Virus record (IMG/VR): IMGVR_UViG_3300046660_000716
Coordinates: 124,001-188,000 of that record
Reading direction: 5' to 3' (one strand)
Length of the DNA stretch: 64,000 bases
Part shown: piece after piece, positions 28,855-39,066 of the stretch
How the letters are laid out: every line of letters starts with the position of its first letter
Position numbering within the stretch: position 1 is the first letter of the stretch
Translations under genes and position numbers: made by a program
Notes under the pieces: generated by a model
Told to the model about the DNA's origin: nothing
Databases searched by the model: none
The model's input: the letters and a program-made list of their open reading frames with translations, nothing else

Positions 28855-29097
28855 ATGGACATCGACGAATTCCAAACGCAGTATGGCCCAGCCAGGCGCT
28901 ACGCCATGCCGAATGCCGCGACCACCCAGGAGAACCTGGACGCAGTGGACGAGCGCCTCATCTGGACCGAGGTGCGGCGCGACCAGGGACGCCGCCTGCT
29001 GAATGGTCGCTGGCCTGAGCATGCGACCGCCTACCGCATTGCCGCAACGCCCTGGGACGTCCGCCATCCGCGCGGCGCCATCGAAATCGCGCTGTAG
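28855..29097 (+). CDS. Hypothetical protein
   Basis: AGGAG RBS. Confidence 0.65.
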   Translation: MDIDEFQTQYGPARRYAMPNAATTQENLDAVDERLIWTEVRRDQGRRLLNGRWPEHATAYRIAATPWDVRHPRGAIEIAL

Positions 29098-29098
29098 G

Positions 29099-29326
29099 AT
29101 GGACGAAGACGACGACAGGCCGTCCCTGTGGGAACGGATAAAGTGCTTCTTCGGCCGGCACCGCTACCAGCCGGCCTTCCACCGCCGCACGTGGTACGCC
29201 AAGCGCAAGCAGCGATACCTGATCACCGAATTCCGACTCAGGTGCAAGCACTGCGACAGACCGACGCGCTGGTGGCCTCAGCGCCGCATGGCCGAGATAA
29301 CCAAGAAACTGAACGTGAGGTGGTGA
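29099..29326 (+). CDS. Hypothetical basic protein with Cys/His (Zn-ribbon-like)
   Basis: KCFFGRHRY...CKHC. Confidence 0.55.
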   Translation: MDEDDDRPSLWERIKCFFGRHRYQPAFHRRTWYAKRKQRYLITEFRLRCKHCDRPTRWWPQRRMAEITKKLNVRW

Positions 29327-29327
29327 C

Positions 29328-29543
29328 ATGAGCCCAGGAGAAATCAACGCAAAGTACCCCGAGCCGGTGTACCGCTGCCGGGCGTGCCGGTCGGCCGAGA
29401 ACCTGCGGTGGTTCGGCGGCACTTCCTGCCCGGTGTGCGACAAGCCCGAGTGCTCCGCCGCCCTGGTGAAGGAAATCGAGGATTCCAACGCGTACGAGGA
29501 ATCCCTGGACCAACTCTACGCCGACCGCTACGGCAACCCATAA
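29328..29543 (+). CDS. Small Cys-rich protein
   Basis: CRAC...CPVCDKPEC; GAGG RBS. Confidence 0.6.
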   Translation: MSPGEINAKYPEPVYRCRACRSAENLRWFGGTSCPVCDKPECSAALVKEIEDSNAYEESLDQLYADRYGNP

Positions 29544-29560
29544 CTGAAGGAGAAGAACGC

Positions 29561-30208
29561 ATGAACGAAGATCAAAAGTGGTACCGACTCAAGCAGGACC
29601 TGTACGCGTTAGGCAAGCTCGATTCGCGCGGCTATGTCACGGCCGTCGAGCTGAAGGACGCCACGACCCTGGTCCACAAGGCCGGCGACGTCTATCTGCT
29701 GGACCCGAGCGGCGAATACCTGTCCGGCCCGATGGGCGACTACTCGGTGGGCATCGGTGGCGCCAAGGGCGAGCCCGACCTGTGGGAACGGGTCGAGACC
29801 GCGCCGAACATGGCCGAACGGGAGCACCGCCGCGCGGGCGCGATCTACTCCGCCAAGGCGCCGAACGGTCTGGCGATCGTCGGCACATCCGACACGGCCC
29901 CGATGGTGTGTCTCGCATCGCAGTTCCAGCTGAATGGCAACTTCCTGCTGGAGGCGCTGTATGAAGACCAGACTGATGTGGACTGGAACAACCAGACCGT
30001 GCAGACCCTCCACGACGAGAAGCTGTACGTCGACGAGCAGGGCAACCGCTGGCGCGAGAACCAGCTGGTGCTGGCGGAGGTCATCGAAGAAAGCGATGCA
30101 CCGCATCACACGCTGGTGGGCGCGGACTACCGTCCGATCACCCCAGTGGTCACTGAACCGACCACCTACGCCGGCGCCGCCGAGACCGAGGGAGGCTCAG
30201 TTGACTAA
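29561..30208 (+). CDS. Hypothetical protein
   Basis: AAGGAG RBS, MNEDQKW... Confidence 0.65.
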   Translation: MNEDQKWYRLKQDLYALGKLDSRGYVTAVELKDATTLVHKAGDVYLLDPSGEYLSGPMGDYSVGIGGAKGEPDLWERVETAPNMAEREHRRAGAIYSAKAPNGLAIVGTSDTAPMVCLASQFQLNGNFLLEALYEDQTDVDWNNQTVQTLHDEKLYVDEQGNRWRENQLVLAEVIEESDAPHHTLVGADYRPITPVVTEPTTYAGAAETEGGSVD

Positions 30209-30542
30209 GTCCTTCATGGTCATGTCCAATCTCGCCAACTGGGACATGGACTCGCTCGGCTACGTCGGAGCCTTCATAGGCGAAGATCCGAACCTCGGCC
30301 TGCAGGCGTTCATCCAGTCGGACGAGGTCCAAAAGCGCCTGGCTGACACCTACTACGCCTCGACAAAGCCGACGCTTGCATCATTCCCTCTGACCGACGA
30401 CGAGTGGACTGAGCTGATCAACAAGCAAGAGATCAACTGCTACTTCCACGGTGCCGAGGTGGCGTGGGGCGTGGTGCCCGACGGGACCGAAAGGCCATAT
30501 CTCTTCGCCGCGGTCGAAGTCAAAGAGGGGCTCAACGCATGA
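30201..30542 (+). CDS. Hypothetical protein
   Basis: GGAGG RBS, TTG start. Confidence 0.55.
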   Translation: MTKSFMVMSNLANWDMDSLGYVGAFIGEDPNLGLQAFIQSDEVQKRLADTYYASTKPTLASFPLTDDEWTELINKQEINCYFHGAEVAWGVVPDGTERPYLFAAVEVKEGLNA

Positions 30543-31195
30543 AGATCTATGCCGTGTTCTCCAACAACGGAGCCTGGAACTACAAGTCCCTGGGCTTGGT
30601 GCGCGTGCTGCCTGCCAAGGACGCCACCGACGCGGCCGCCTTGGTGGCCGAGTCCGACAGCCGACCGGGCTGGGCTCCGACCACCACGGGCATCTACACC
30701 GGCCAGGCGAATATCATGCGCTTGACCTCTAAGATGGAGCTCCTGTACAAGAGCCCCATCGAAATCGAGCTGCTCATGGTCTACGGCGCCCATAGCAACG
30801 CGCACCCACTACTGCCAGGTAGCACGGTGATGTACGCCGTCGTGCCGGTCGAGCTACCCGACGTCGTCGTGCCGCCGATGAAGAACCCCAACCCGATCAC
30901 GGCGGCGAGCTTCCACAGCGGCGAGCTGACAGTCAAGCCGAAGACGACCGGCGTGGTCGAGTTCGGCATCGACGGCGACGAGCAGGCGAGCGAGCACCAG
31001 AACGCCACTCTGGACGTCCAGGGCGAACTCGCGATCACGGTGCAGACCATCGTGAAGGTGCCGGAGGAAACTCTGGCGCGCGGCGAAGAGGAGGTCGCCC
31101 ACTGGCTGCGCATGACCTTCGGGTCCGTGCGCACCCTCCACCCCCACTTCACGTTCAACGCGTGGGTGGGAAAAAACGAACCGAGTGACAAGTAA
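30539..31195 (+). CDS. Hypothetical protein
   Basis: MKIYAVFS..., ATGA overlap. Confidence 0.65.
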   Translation: MKIYAVFSNNGAWNYKSLGLVRVLPAKDATDAAALVAESDSRPGWAPTTTGIYTGQANIMRLTSKMELLYKSPIEIELLMVYGAHSNAHPLLPGSTVMYAVVPVELPDVVVPPMKNPNPITAASFHSGELTVKPKTTGVVEFGIDGDEQASEHQNATLDVQGELAITVQTIVKVPEETLARGEEEVAHWLRMTFGSVRTLHPHFTFNAWVGKNEPSDK

Positions 31196-31445
31196 GGAGA
31201 AAGACATGGGCATGAATGACGGACAGATCCAGCAGGCTATCGCGGCGACCACCAAGGGCAAGCCCCAGGTGACCTGGGGAGAGATCTCCGACGGCGTGAA
31301 GGCCGCAGGAACGATCCCGAAGAACGGCTGGGGTAAGGTGCGCAACAACCTTCAGGGCCTCATCAACGCGGGCTACCTGCTGCGCAACACCGAGAACATC
31401 CGCGGTCCCGAGCTCTACGACGTACTGAAGGAGCTGCCGCAGTGA
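31185..31445 (+). CDS. Small winged-helix-like protein
   Basis: VTWGEI...VRNNLQGLINAGYL; true start may be 31206. Confidence 0.55.
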   Translation: MTSKEKDMGMNDGQIQQAIAATTKGKPQVTWGEISDGVKAAGTIPKNGWGKVRNNLQGLINAGYLLRNTENIRGPELYDVLKELPQ

Positions 31446-31630
31446 CCGCCGAGAAGAAGGGCACGGTCGCGAGGATCGCCGACATTCTCGAGGACGTGGC
31501 CGACCTGTTCGGCATCGGCTCGCGCGTGGTGCGCAACGCCTCGGACCTCGTGTCCAAGGACGGCCGCCAGCAGGTGAAGGACGAGATCGCGGAGCGCTCG
31601 CGGCGCCCCGCCGATCCACCGACCAAGTAA
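31442..31630 (+). CDS. Hypothetical protein
   Basis: GTGA overlap, followed by a terminator. Confidence 0.55.
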   Translation: MTAEKKGTVARIADILEDVADLFGIGSRVVRNASDLVSKDGRQQVKDEIAERSRRPADPPTK

Positions 31631-31633
31631 GAC

Positions 31634-31660
31634 GAGGGGCCTCCGGGCCTCTCTTTTTTT
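31634..31660 (+). terminator. Intrinsic terminator
   Basis: gaggggcc...ggcctctc hairpin plus tttttt. Confidence 0.7.
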
Positions 31661-31725
31661 ACCGGAGCGCTCAACGCGATATCCTTATAGTGTAGGCCAC
31701 CCGAAACCAACAGAAGGAGAATGGA

Positions 31726-32826
31726 ATGACGCAAAAGAAAGCCACCCGCAAGCTGCCGTCGCTGCCGAGCATCACCGCGCCGAAGGTCGTCGATGCGCGC
31801 TCCCAGGAGCAGCGCGATGCAGACTTCAATGCCCGTGGCAAGCGCGAGTCGCGCAAAGTGGATTTCAAAGTAACGGTCACCGTCGCCAAGTACCGCAACC
31901 GGGGCCGCGTCACGATCGCCGTGGCTCCGCGCGACGTCGCCAAGATGCGCGGCGTGTTCGGCCTGCGGCCCGGCGCCAAGCTGCGCCTGCAGGCGCTGGC
32001 CTCCTCCAAGGGCATCCTCCACCTGAGCGCCCACGAGGGCGGCTACGCGCTGAGCGACAGCTGCCTGGCGCTCACCAGCCTGGACCGGATCAACATCGCC
32101 GAGCCGCTGGTCGACATCGCCAAGCACGAGACCACCATGGAGTGGGGCGCCGACGGCTACGTCATCCAGATGGCGGGCTTTGCTGTGTACCAGGATCGCG
32201 GCGGCGACGGAATGCGCAAGCGCGACTCGAACGGTCGCCCCGCCGGTGCCAGCAACAAGGCCAAGTCCGAGCGCCGCCCGATCGCGGACGCGCCGGCCAA
32301 CCCGAAGAGCGACGAGCCCGCGTCCCCGCAGGGCCAGCTCAAGCTCGAGCCGGCGAAGCCGGACGTGGGCCGCGGCCTCGTTAACCCGTGCGTCGAGATC
32401 CCCGACCTGGGCGAGAAGCCGTTCAGCGTGCTGGGGCTCTTCCCCTTCACCAAGGACCCGAGCTGCGTCCACCGCCACAACGTCAACTCGCCGCCGCTGG
32501 CCAACGCCCTGTGGATGCGCCTGGTCCGCACCAAGTCGCCCCGCATCGAGAGCGTGGACGGCATCTACGTCTTGGGCTTCACCGCGCTCGACCCGCAGAC
32601 CGTCGTGCTGCGCGGCTTCGACATGGCCGACAGCTACTACGGCGGCATCGGCGACCTGGTGCTGGAGCTGCGCATGGACGACCTGACGTCGCGCGAGCTC
32701 GAGATGCTCGCCATGGAGATGGGCACCATCATGGACGCCCGCGCCGAGAACGAGTACCAGCGCCGCAACGCCGAGCGCCGGGCCAACGAGGTCCGCGCCA
32801 TCCGCGAGGAGATGTACGGCATCTGA
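31726..32826 (+). CDS. Hypothetical protein
   Basis: 366 aa, AAGGAG RBS. Confidence 0.7.
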   Translation: MTQKKATRKLPSLPSITAPKVVDARSQEQRDADFNARGKRESRKVDFKVTVTVAKYRNRGRVTIAVAPRDVAKMRGVFGLRPGAKLRLQALASSKGILHLSAHEGGYALSDSCLALTSLDRINIAEPLVDIAKHETTMEWGADGYVIQMAGFAVYQDRGGDGMRKRDSNGRPAGASNKAKSERRPIADAPANPKSDEPASPQGQLKLEPAKPDVGRGLVNPCVEIPDLGEKPFSVLGLFPFTKDPSCVHRHNVNSPPLANALWMRLVRTKSPRIESVDGIYVLGFTALDPQTVVLRGFDMADSYYGGIGDLVLELRMDDLTSRELEMLAMEMGTIMDARAENEYQRRNAERRANEVRAIREEMYGI

Positions 32827-32867
32827 TTGAAAGCCCCCATGCCCGCGGAGGGCATGGGGCGATTGAA

Positions 32868-33605
32868 TTACAGCGACAGCAGCGCGCCGCGGAACTCGCT
32901 GCGGATGTCTGCCTCCAGAAAGACCTTGACGATGGCCTGGCTCGACTTGACGATCATGTTCATCTGGCTCTCGTCCAGCGAGTACTCGACGCCCTCCAGC
33001 TCGAACTGCTCCACCAGCGAGCGCACGTTGGCGCTCTGGTCGCGGGCGTACTCGGCGGCCTGGGACATCGTCACCACGCACGCGCCCTCGTTCTTCATCG
33101 ACGCGGTGTCCATGTAGGCGCCGGAGTGTGACGGGAAGGTCACCCAGTCGTACGTCACCAGGGCCAGCGGCTTGGTGACCTCGACCAGATCCTGGCCCTG
33201 CACCTTGCGAACGCCGCCCATGCCGCGCATCGAGAAGGCCACGGTGGACTTGTTCTCGACGATCAGGCCGCGCATGTCGCGGCCGCAGGCGGTGGCCGCG
33301 GTCTCCAGCTGGCCGCGCACCACGCCGCCCCGCGCGCCGTCCAGGCCGGTCACGATGTGGCTGATGCGGGTCTGGTCGATGATCATCTGGCGGGCCAGGT
33401 CCGTGGTGAACGGGTGGTTGGCCTCGCCATACATGGTGCGGGTGCGCAGGCGCTCCTGCACTGCCGGCGCCGAGATGGCGTGCGTCAGCACGTCCTCGTT
33501 GTACAGGCGCTTGTTGCGGTTGGGCTTCGTGTCCTGCAGGTGCGACTCGAAGCGCACGATGCCGCCGGAGCCCGTGTCGGAGACGATCTTCGGCTCGGCG
33601 GCCAT
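32868..33605 (-). CDS. Prohead core protease (T4 gp21-like)
   Basis: PNRNKRLY, YGEANHP, ISHIV, FSMRGMG, TYDWVTFPSH; AGGAG RBS before MAAEPK. Confidence 0.9.
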   Translation of the reverse strand: MAAEPKIVSDTGSGGIVRFESHLQDTKPNRNKRLYNEDVLTHAISAPAVQERLRTRTMYGEANHPFTTDLARQMIIDQTRISHIVTGLDGARGGVVRGQLETAATACGRDMRGLIVENKSTVAFSMRGMGGVRKVQGQDLVEVTKPLALVTYDWVTFPSHSGAYMDTASMKNEGACVVTMSQAAEYARDQSANVRSLVEQFELEGVEYSLDESQMNMIVKSSQAIVKVFLEADIRSEFRGALLSL

Positions 33606-33717
33606 GATCGTGAGCTCCTGCAGGATCACGCCGATCAGCGGCTCGCCCGCGAACTCGCGCAGCACTGCGATGTTGTGGTTGTGCATGTCATTTCCCTATC
33701 ATAAGAAGGAGTACCAA

Positions 33718-34335
33718 TTGATTTTTCTGAAGATCTACCTCTGGGCCGGCCCCATTATCGCCGCGGCCTTCATGCTGTACGAGTACGCCAGGCGCGGACT
33801 GCGCTGGGCGCTGGGGCGAATCCTGCCCCGCGCCAGCCAGCCCTTCTGGGTGTGCTACCGCGGTCCCGAGGACGGCAAGGTCTGGGTGCTGTGGGCGTTC
33901 GCCATCGTGACCTGCATCCCTGTGGCAAACTTCTACGTCCTGTACATCCTGACCATCGGCTCCTGGCTGAACGAGGCGCGGTGGAAGCGGGAGCGCCTCG
34001 CCAGGGAGCAGGCAGCTTCGGCCGCTGAGATCCTGGCCGACCGTGTAGACGGGATAGCCAGGCCGTCCCAGGGGCGGTCCGGTGAAGGCTACGCCGTCTT
34101 CTCATTCAGCAAGGCGCAGATTCGCAAGCTCTTCCCTGACATGAAGGGCGAGATTGAGATGCGCAAAGCCGCGGATGCCTTCGCCGAGGCCATCAATCCG
34201 GCGGCGAATTACGACGGGCCGGGCCATGTCATACCGATCACGCTGGATTCGGACTCGTCCGACGCCGCGCGCTGGAAGTCCGGCCAGCCGCTGAAGACGA
34301 TCGACAGCATCATGACCTACTACGAGGAGCGCTGA
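33718..34335 (+). CDS. Membrane protein
   Basis: AAGGAG RBS, TTG start, two hydrophobic segments. Confidence 0.6.
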   Translation: MIFLKIYLWAGPIIAAAFMLYEYARRGLRWALGRILPRASQPFWVCYRGPEDGKVWVLWAFAIVTCIPVANFYVLYILTIGSWLNEARWKRERLAREQAASAAEILADRVDGIARPSQGRSGEGYAVFSFSKAQIRKLFPDMKGEIEMRKAADAFAEAINPAANYDGPGHVIPITLDSDSSDAARWKSGQPLKTIDSIMTYYEER

Positions 34336-34484
34336 TGGACGAGCGAGACCTGGTGGCCCTCGTAATTCTTGCCATGGGCCTCACACTGTACGGCATCCCC
34401 GTCCTGTTCTACTTCGGCGTGCACCTGGTCTGCTGGCTCCGAGACCAGCGGCGGAAGCACATACTCACCAGCAAAAGGAAATGA
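34335..34484 (+). CDS. Small membrane protein
   Basis: MDERDLVALVILAMGLTLYGIPVLFYFG..., GAGGAG RBS. Confidence 0.55.
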   Translation: MDERDLVALVILAMGLTLYGIPVLFYFGVHLVCWLRDQRRKHILTSKRK

Positions 34485-34486
34485 CC

Positions 34487-35239
34487 ATGTCCAAAGACAA
34501 ATCCCCGATCGACCTGAACAGCTACAACTGCTCGCTCGCGTGCGCGCTGTGCAGCAACTCCAACGAGCACGACGCGGGCACCGAGCTTTACACCGCCGAA
34601 AAGATCCTCAAGGACCTCAACGAGATGCTGGGCGACAGCATGTTCGAAGCCGAGTACGACGACTTCATCTCCGAGCTCAACGCAATCGGCAAGAAGGGCC
34701 AGATCGTCGTCGCCAACCGCCTCTTCAATTACGAGTTGGGTGACGACCACAACTTCGCCACTTTGAGCGAGGTCCTCGGACTGAACGACGCGACCACGCT
34801 GAAGCGCATCGAGGAAGGCCGCGCTCGCGGCCTAGGCCTGATGACGGCTATCGAGTCCGTCGACTTCAGCACGGCGACGCCGGACCTCCAGAGCGCCCTG
34901 CGCCGCTTCCTGTGGCTGGGCCACTGGGTGCTGGACCGGTTGGACCCGGGCAGCATCCGCGACGCTGAGCGCGCGGGCAACCTGTACACGCGCGCCGATG
35001 GCACTGTGGTCGGCACCGTCGAGAAGAAGTACACCTTCGATGTCGCCAGCATGACCAGCACCATCTTCAAGGGCGTGCCGCAGACGCAGTACACCCTCGT
35101 CCGTACCGCTGATCTCCTGGCCGCCAACCTGGAAGGCGTTGATGCGGACGATACGGAGAACACGCCGCTGCTGATCGAGCGCGGCAACTTCAACGACAGC
35201 TTCCCCGACATGATGGCGGACCTACGCAGCGAGGAGTGA
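34487..35239 (+). CDS. Hypothetical protein
   Basis: AAGGA RBS, about 250 aa. Confidence 0.7.
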   Translation: MSKDKSPIDLNSYNCSLACALCSNSNEHDAGTELYTAEKILKDLNEMLGDSMFEAEYDDFISELNAIGKKGQIVVANRLFNYELGDDHNFATLSEVLGLNDATTLKRIEEGRARGLGLMTAIESVDFSTATPDLQSALRRFLWLGHWVLDRLDPGSIRDAERAGNLYTRADGTVVGTVEKKYTFDVASMTSTIFKGVPQTQYTLVRTADLLAANLEGVDADDTENTPLLIERGNFNDSFPDMMADLRSEE

Positions 35240-35303
35240 CCGAGGCAGTGTAAGGGCGGGAACGGTCGCCCGTTCCCGCCACGTTGTGCTGCTCGTGCGC
35301 TGG

Positions 35304-35744
35304 TTAGTTGCGCGTGTCCGGATTGCTCAGCGACGATGGGCGCTGCGAGATGTCGACCATGTTGCGCTTGCCGGCGTTGGCCAGCAGCTTGCGTGCGGTC
35401 GTGGTGGCCTGCGAGCCGTACTTCTTCGCGATGATGGCGCGGATCGAGCGCTTCAGCATCGCGGCGCGCGCGTACTTGGCGAACAGCGGGTCCTTCTTCT
35501 GCTGAGCCAGCACCAGCGCGCTGCGCATGGTCAGGCTCGACAGCTTGGCCTGGCGGTTCAGGCGCACGATGTTGGCGGCTTCGGCCAGCGGGCCGCCTGC
35601 GGCGACTGCCTCGTCAAAGGCGATCAGCGCCTTCGATTCTTCTTCCGTGACCATCAGGCCCAGGTTTTCGGCGATCTGGTAGATGGCGTTCTCGCCAGCT
35701 TCGGTCAGGGTAGCTGGCAGGTTGTCGTTATTGTCAAGAATCAT
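35304..35744 (-). CDS. Putative virion protein (basic C-terminal half)
   Basis: MILDNND...; LAEAANIVRLN...KKDPLFAKY...KKYG; GGAG RBS. Confidence 0.65.
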   Translation of the reverse strand: MILDNNDNLPATLTEAGENAIYQIAENLGLMVTEEESKALIAFDEAVAAGGPLAEAANIVRLNRQAKLSSLTMRSALVLAQQKKDPLFAKYARAAMLKRSIRAIIAKKYGSQATTTARKLLANAGKRNMVDISQRPSSLSNPDTRN

Positions 35745-35975
35745 GGGTTTGCTCCGGTTTTCTTCGAAGAGGAAGGGAAAGCGGGGCGCCGTCGCGGCCC
35801 GCAAGGTGATCAATGATCTATGTTTCAGTTCGGCACCAAACAGACGCGAGGTTTCGGCTTTCGCTCCCCATCTGGGTATCGGGCCGAACGGCGCTCTGGC
35901 ACCGCGAGCGCAAATGCGGTGCAACAGCAATTCATCGGGATCGCTCCGATCTCAGCATCAAAGAAGGGAAAGCAG

Positions 35976-37967
35976 ATGTCAGAAGTACTTCCGTTCCTCA
36001 AGACCTACATGGACACGGCGTCCGAGCGCCTGCAGGCCCTGTGGGGCCGGCCGCTCACCGCGTCGGAGCAGGCGCGCCTACTGCACGTCACCGAGACCGG
36101 CTACCGCGACAAGCAGGCCGTCATCGTCAACGCGCACCGCCAGGTCCGCGTCCCGACCAGCCTCGCCAAGGTGGCGGACTGGATGCACAACCGCAAGCCT
36201 CACGCCCCCATCATCACGGGCCACGGCACGATGTTCCGCCCCCACGAGGAGTACCGCTCCACGGTGGGCGACATGGTCTCGTTCCTCCTGGCGCAGCGCA
36301 AGGTGCTCAAGAACCGCATGTTCGACCTGATGCGCGAGGGCCGCCCGCCCGAGGACGCCGAGGTCAAGGCGCTCGACCAGGGCCAGAAGATCTACAAGCT
36401 GCTCGCCGTGTCGTTCTACGGCGCGTACGGCGAGAAGGGCTTCCACTTCTACAACGACGCGCTCGGCCCCGCCGTGACGTTCACGGGCCAGCTCATCATC
36501 GCTTCGACGCTGTACGGCTTCGAGAGCTTCATGATGAACAACCTGTGGCTGCGCAACCCGAACGAGATGGCCCGCCACGTCGCCATCTGCGTCGGCCAGT
36601 GCGAGGGCGGCGACCCCCGCGAGGAGTGGGGCGACCATCCGCAGGTGCCAGAGGTCACGCCGGAAATGGTCGTCGACCGCCTGATCGACGCGTCCGCTCC
36701 GGGCTGGGACTCGCGCACCTGCGCCGAGGGCCTGGTCGTCGGGCTGCCCGAGTCGGCGCTGTGGGCCATCCTCTTCCGGGGCAACCCGTTCCAGTTCCTC
36801 GGCTTCCCGCGCGCCCAGGAGCTGCTGATCACGGCCCTCAACGGCAAGATCAGCGAGGCGGACCCGGGCAAGATGGAGAAGCACCACCCCGAGGGCAAGC
36901 TCGCCATCGAGGCGCTGTGGGAGGGCATGAGCCGCTGGGTCGCCATCCACTGGATGCCCGCCGACATGCCACGCCTCATCGGCGAGATGACTCGCCGCGT
37001 GGTCATCCTGACCGACACCGACTCGACGTTCCTGAACCTGCTGCCCTGGATGGAGTGGCTCCGCGCATCCTTCGAACTGCCGGAGAACGACGAAGACCAG
37101 ATGCTCACCTGCCTGAACGTTATGGTGTACCTGCTGCGCCTCGTCAGCGACTTCCAGATGGGCGAGCTGACCAAGAACCTCGGCGTGCCCGAGGACAAGC
37201 GCCGGATGATCAACTTCAAATCCGAGTTCGTGATCTCTCGCATGGTCTTGACCAACGGCAAGAAGAACTATGTCGCGCTCGAGATGTACCAGGAGGGCGC
37301 GCGCATCGTCGGCGACAAGGTGACGCTGAAGGGCCTGTCCATGAAGAAGACGACCGTGGCGAAGAGCACCGGCGAGTTCCTCAAGGAATCCATCGAGACC
37401 AAGATCCTGCGCAGCAAGGACATCGATCGGGTCGGCGTGCTGCGCGACCTGGTGACCCTAGAGGACACGATCCGCGAGCAGACCCTCGCCGGCGTCCCGG
37501 AGTACTCGTCGCCGGCCACGCTCGGCCGGATGTCCGAGTACGCCGACAAGTACGCCATGCCCGTCGTGCGCGGCGCGCTGGCGTACAATGTGGCCGAGCC
37601 TGAAATGCCCATCCGGGAGGGCGATCGCGTCGCCATGTACAGGACGGTCGTCAACACGGACGTTGGGCGACTCGCGGAGGAGATCGCCAAGCACGAGCCG
37701 GGCACGCGAGGCCACGAGGCCCTGTCAGCGCTGCTCACGGAGTTCTTCGGCGACAACGCCCCGGAGGAGATGTCCAAGAACGGGTTCAACTGGTTCTGCA
37801 TCCCGAAGGACGCGGCAGCCATCCCGGACTACATGCTGCCACTGATCGACGTCGAGAGCGTCCTGCAGGCGAACTCCACGCCGATGCACCCGATCCTGGA
37901 GGCGATCGGCATACGGGTCTCGCGGGCGTCGAGCGTGGACTCCTACTCAAACATCATCCGCTTCTGA
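35976..37967 (+). CDS. Family B DNA polymerase, polymerase subunit (split enzyme)
   Basis: R.VLK..M, QKIYKLLAVSFYG (motif B), TDTDSTF (motif C), KKNY and LKGL; no exonuclease or motif A visible. Confidence 0.85.
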   Translation: MSEVLPFLKTYMDTASERLQALWGRPLTASEQARLLHVTETGYRDKQAVIVNAHRQVRVPTSLAKVADWMHNRKPHAPIITGHGTMFRPHEEYRSTVGDMVSFLLAQRKVLKNRMFDLMREGRPPEDAEVKALDQGQKIYKLLAVSFYGAYGEKGFHFYNDALGPAVTFTGQLIIASTLYGFESFMMNNLWLRNPNEMARHVAICVGQCEGGDPREEWGDHPQVPEVTPEMVVDRLIDASAPGWDSRTCAEGLVVGLPESALWAILFRGNPFQFLGFPRAQELLITALNGKISEADPGKMEKHHPEGKLAIEALWEGMSRWVAIHWMPADMPRLIGEMTRRVVILTDTDSTFLNLLPWMEWLRASFELPENDEDQMLTCLNVMVYLLRLVSDFQMGELTKNLGVPEDKRRMINFKSEFVISRMVLTNGKKNYVALEMYQEGARIVGDKVTLKGLSMKKTTVAKSTGEFLKESIETKILRSKDIDRVGVLRDLVTLEDTIREQTLAGVPEYSSPATLGRMSEYADKYAMPVVRGALAYNVAEPEMPIREGDRVAMYRTVVNTDVGRLAEEIAKHEPGTRGHEALSALLTEFFGDNAPEEMSKNGFNWFCIPKDAAAIPDYMLPLIDVESVLQANSTPMHPILEAIGIRVSRASSVDSYSNIIRF

Positions 37968-38059
37968 GCCGTGCCGGTCGCGGGGCCCAATTGAGTCCCG
38001 CGATCAGTCACATATCATGCTCCCGCACCACCAACCATAACACTTGAAGGAAACACAGT

Positions 38060-39001
38060 ATGACGCTCAACAGCAATCCAACAGCACGTCGTTCCGGCTT
38101 CGGCGGAGCCCAGGCACGCGGTGTAGGCGGCCCTGGTCGCACGGCCACGCCGGCCGATTCGGGATCCGGCGGCGGCGGTCGCGGCGGCTACGGCGACAAG
38201 CCGAAGCCATCGTGGACCACCGCGGTTGCATTGTACGACGAGTACCACTCGAGCATGGAAGTGCAGATCGTCGCCGAGACGTTCCGCACCGCGGTGGCAA
38301 TCAAGCTGGCGCCCGTCTTCGCCGAGGCGAAGGGTCCGAGCGAGGCCGCGAAGGGCCAGCGCAAGTACAACCACGACGAGTCCGCGATGGTCGTCCTGGA
38401 CCTGAACGAGGTCATCGTGCTGCGCGAGCAGCTGAACGCGTTCATCAACGGCGACCTGAGCGAGGTCATGCTGGCCCGCCTGGAAACCAAGCGCCTGCTG
38501 CTGCTGCGCGCCGAGGCCTACTACGACAACACCCACCCCGAGTACCAGATCCACGCCAACGGCCTGGCCCTGTCGATCGAGGAAGATCCGAGCGACAAGA
38601 GCACCGGCAAGGTGGTCGTGTTCATCAGCCGCCAGAGCGCGGTCGTGCTGGCGGACGGCGCGGAGCCCGTCGCCTTCTATCCCGAAATGCAGGCCCTGCT
38701 GGCCGTGCTGGACAGCTACCTGGCAAACTGCGCGCGCGTGGACTACGCCAGCGTCCGCCTGCTGAACAACGCCGCCAAGGAAGCGGCACCGGTCGGCCCT
38801 ACCGCATCGATGCCTATGCGTCGCGGCGGCATCGGCGCCCCGGTCGCGCGCGGCGCGGCCTCCGCTGCCCCTGCGGGCTCCGGCGGCGACGCTGAGCAGA
38901 ACGACGTGTCCGCTCCTGCGGGCCAGGTCCAGCAGCAGGCCGGTGCGGTCGCCGACGTCGACCTGGACGCGGCCCTGGGCGGCGAAGTGCCTAAGTTCTA
39001 A
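38060..39001 (+). CDS. Putative single-stranded DNA-binding protein
   Basis: Follows the DNA polymerase; RGG-rich N-terminus and a flexible acidic tail ending in EVPKF. Confidence 0.5.
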   Translation: MTLNSNPTARRSGFGGAQARGVGGPGRTATPADSGSGGGGRGGYGDKPKPSWTTAVALYDEYHSSMEVQIVAETFRTAVAIKLAPVFAEAKGPSEAAKGQRKYNHDESAMVVLDLNEVIVLREQLNAFINGDLSEVMLARLETKRLLLLRAEAYYDNTHPEYQIHANGLALSIEEDPSDKSTGKVVVFISRQSAVVLADGAEPVAFYPEMQALLAVLDSYLANCARVDYASVRLLNNAAKEAAPVGPTASMPMRRGGIGAPVARGAASAAPAGSGGDAEQNDVSAPAGQVQQQAGAVADVDLDAALGGEVPKF

Positions 39002-39066
39002 GCGTCACCAAGTGGACCTAGCCCGCGGGCTAGGTCCTTCTCTGCACCTCGGAAATAAAGAGACCG

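Noticed and set aside
35813-35824. AACA upstream of 35744, and likewise near 5757, 49499 and 52266
   Set aside because: Not followed by YR at the 6-nt spacing, so not counted as late promoters.
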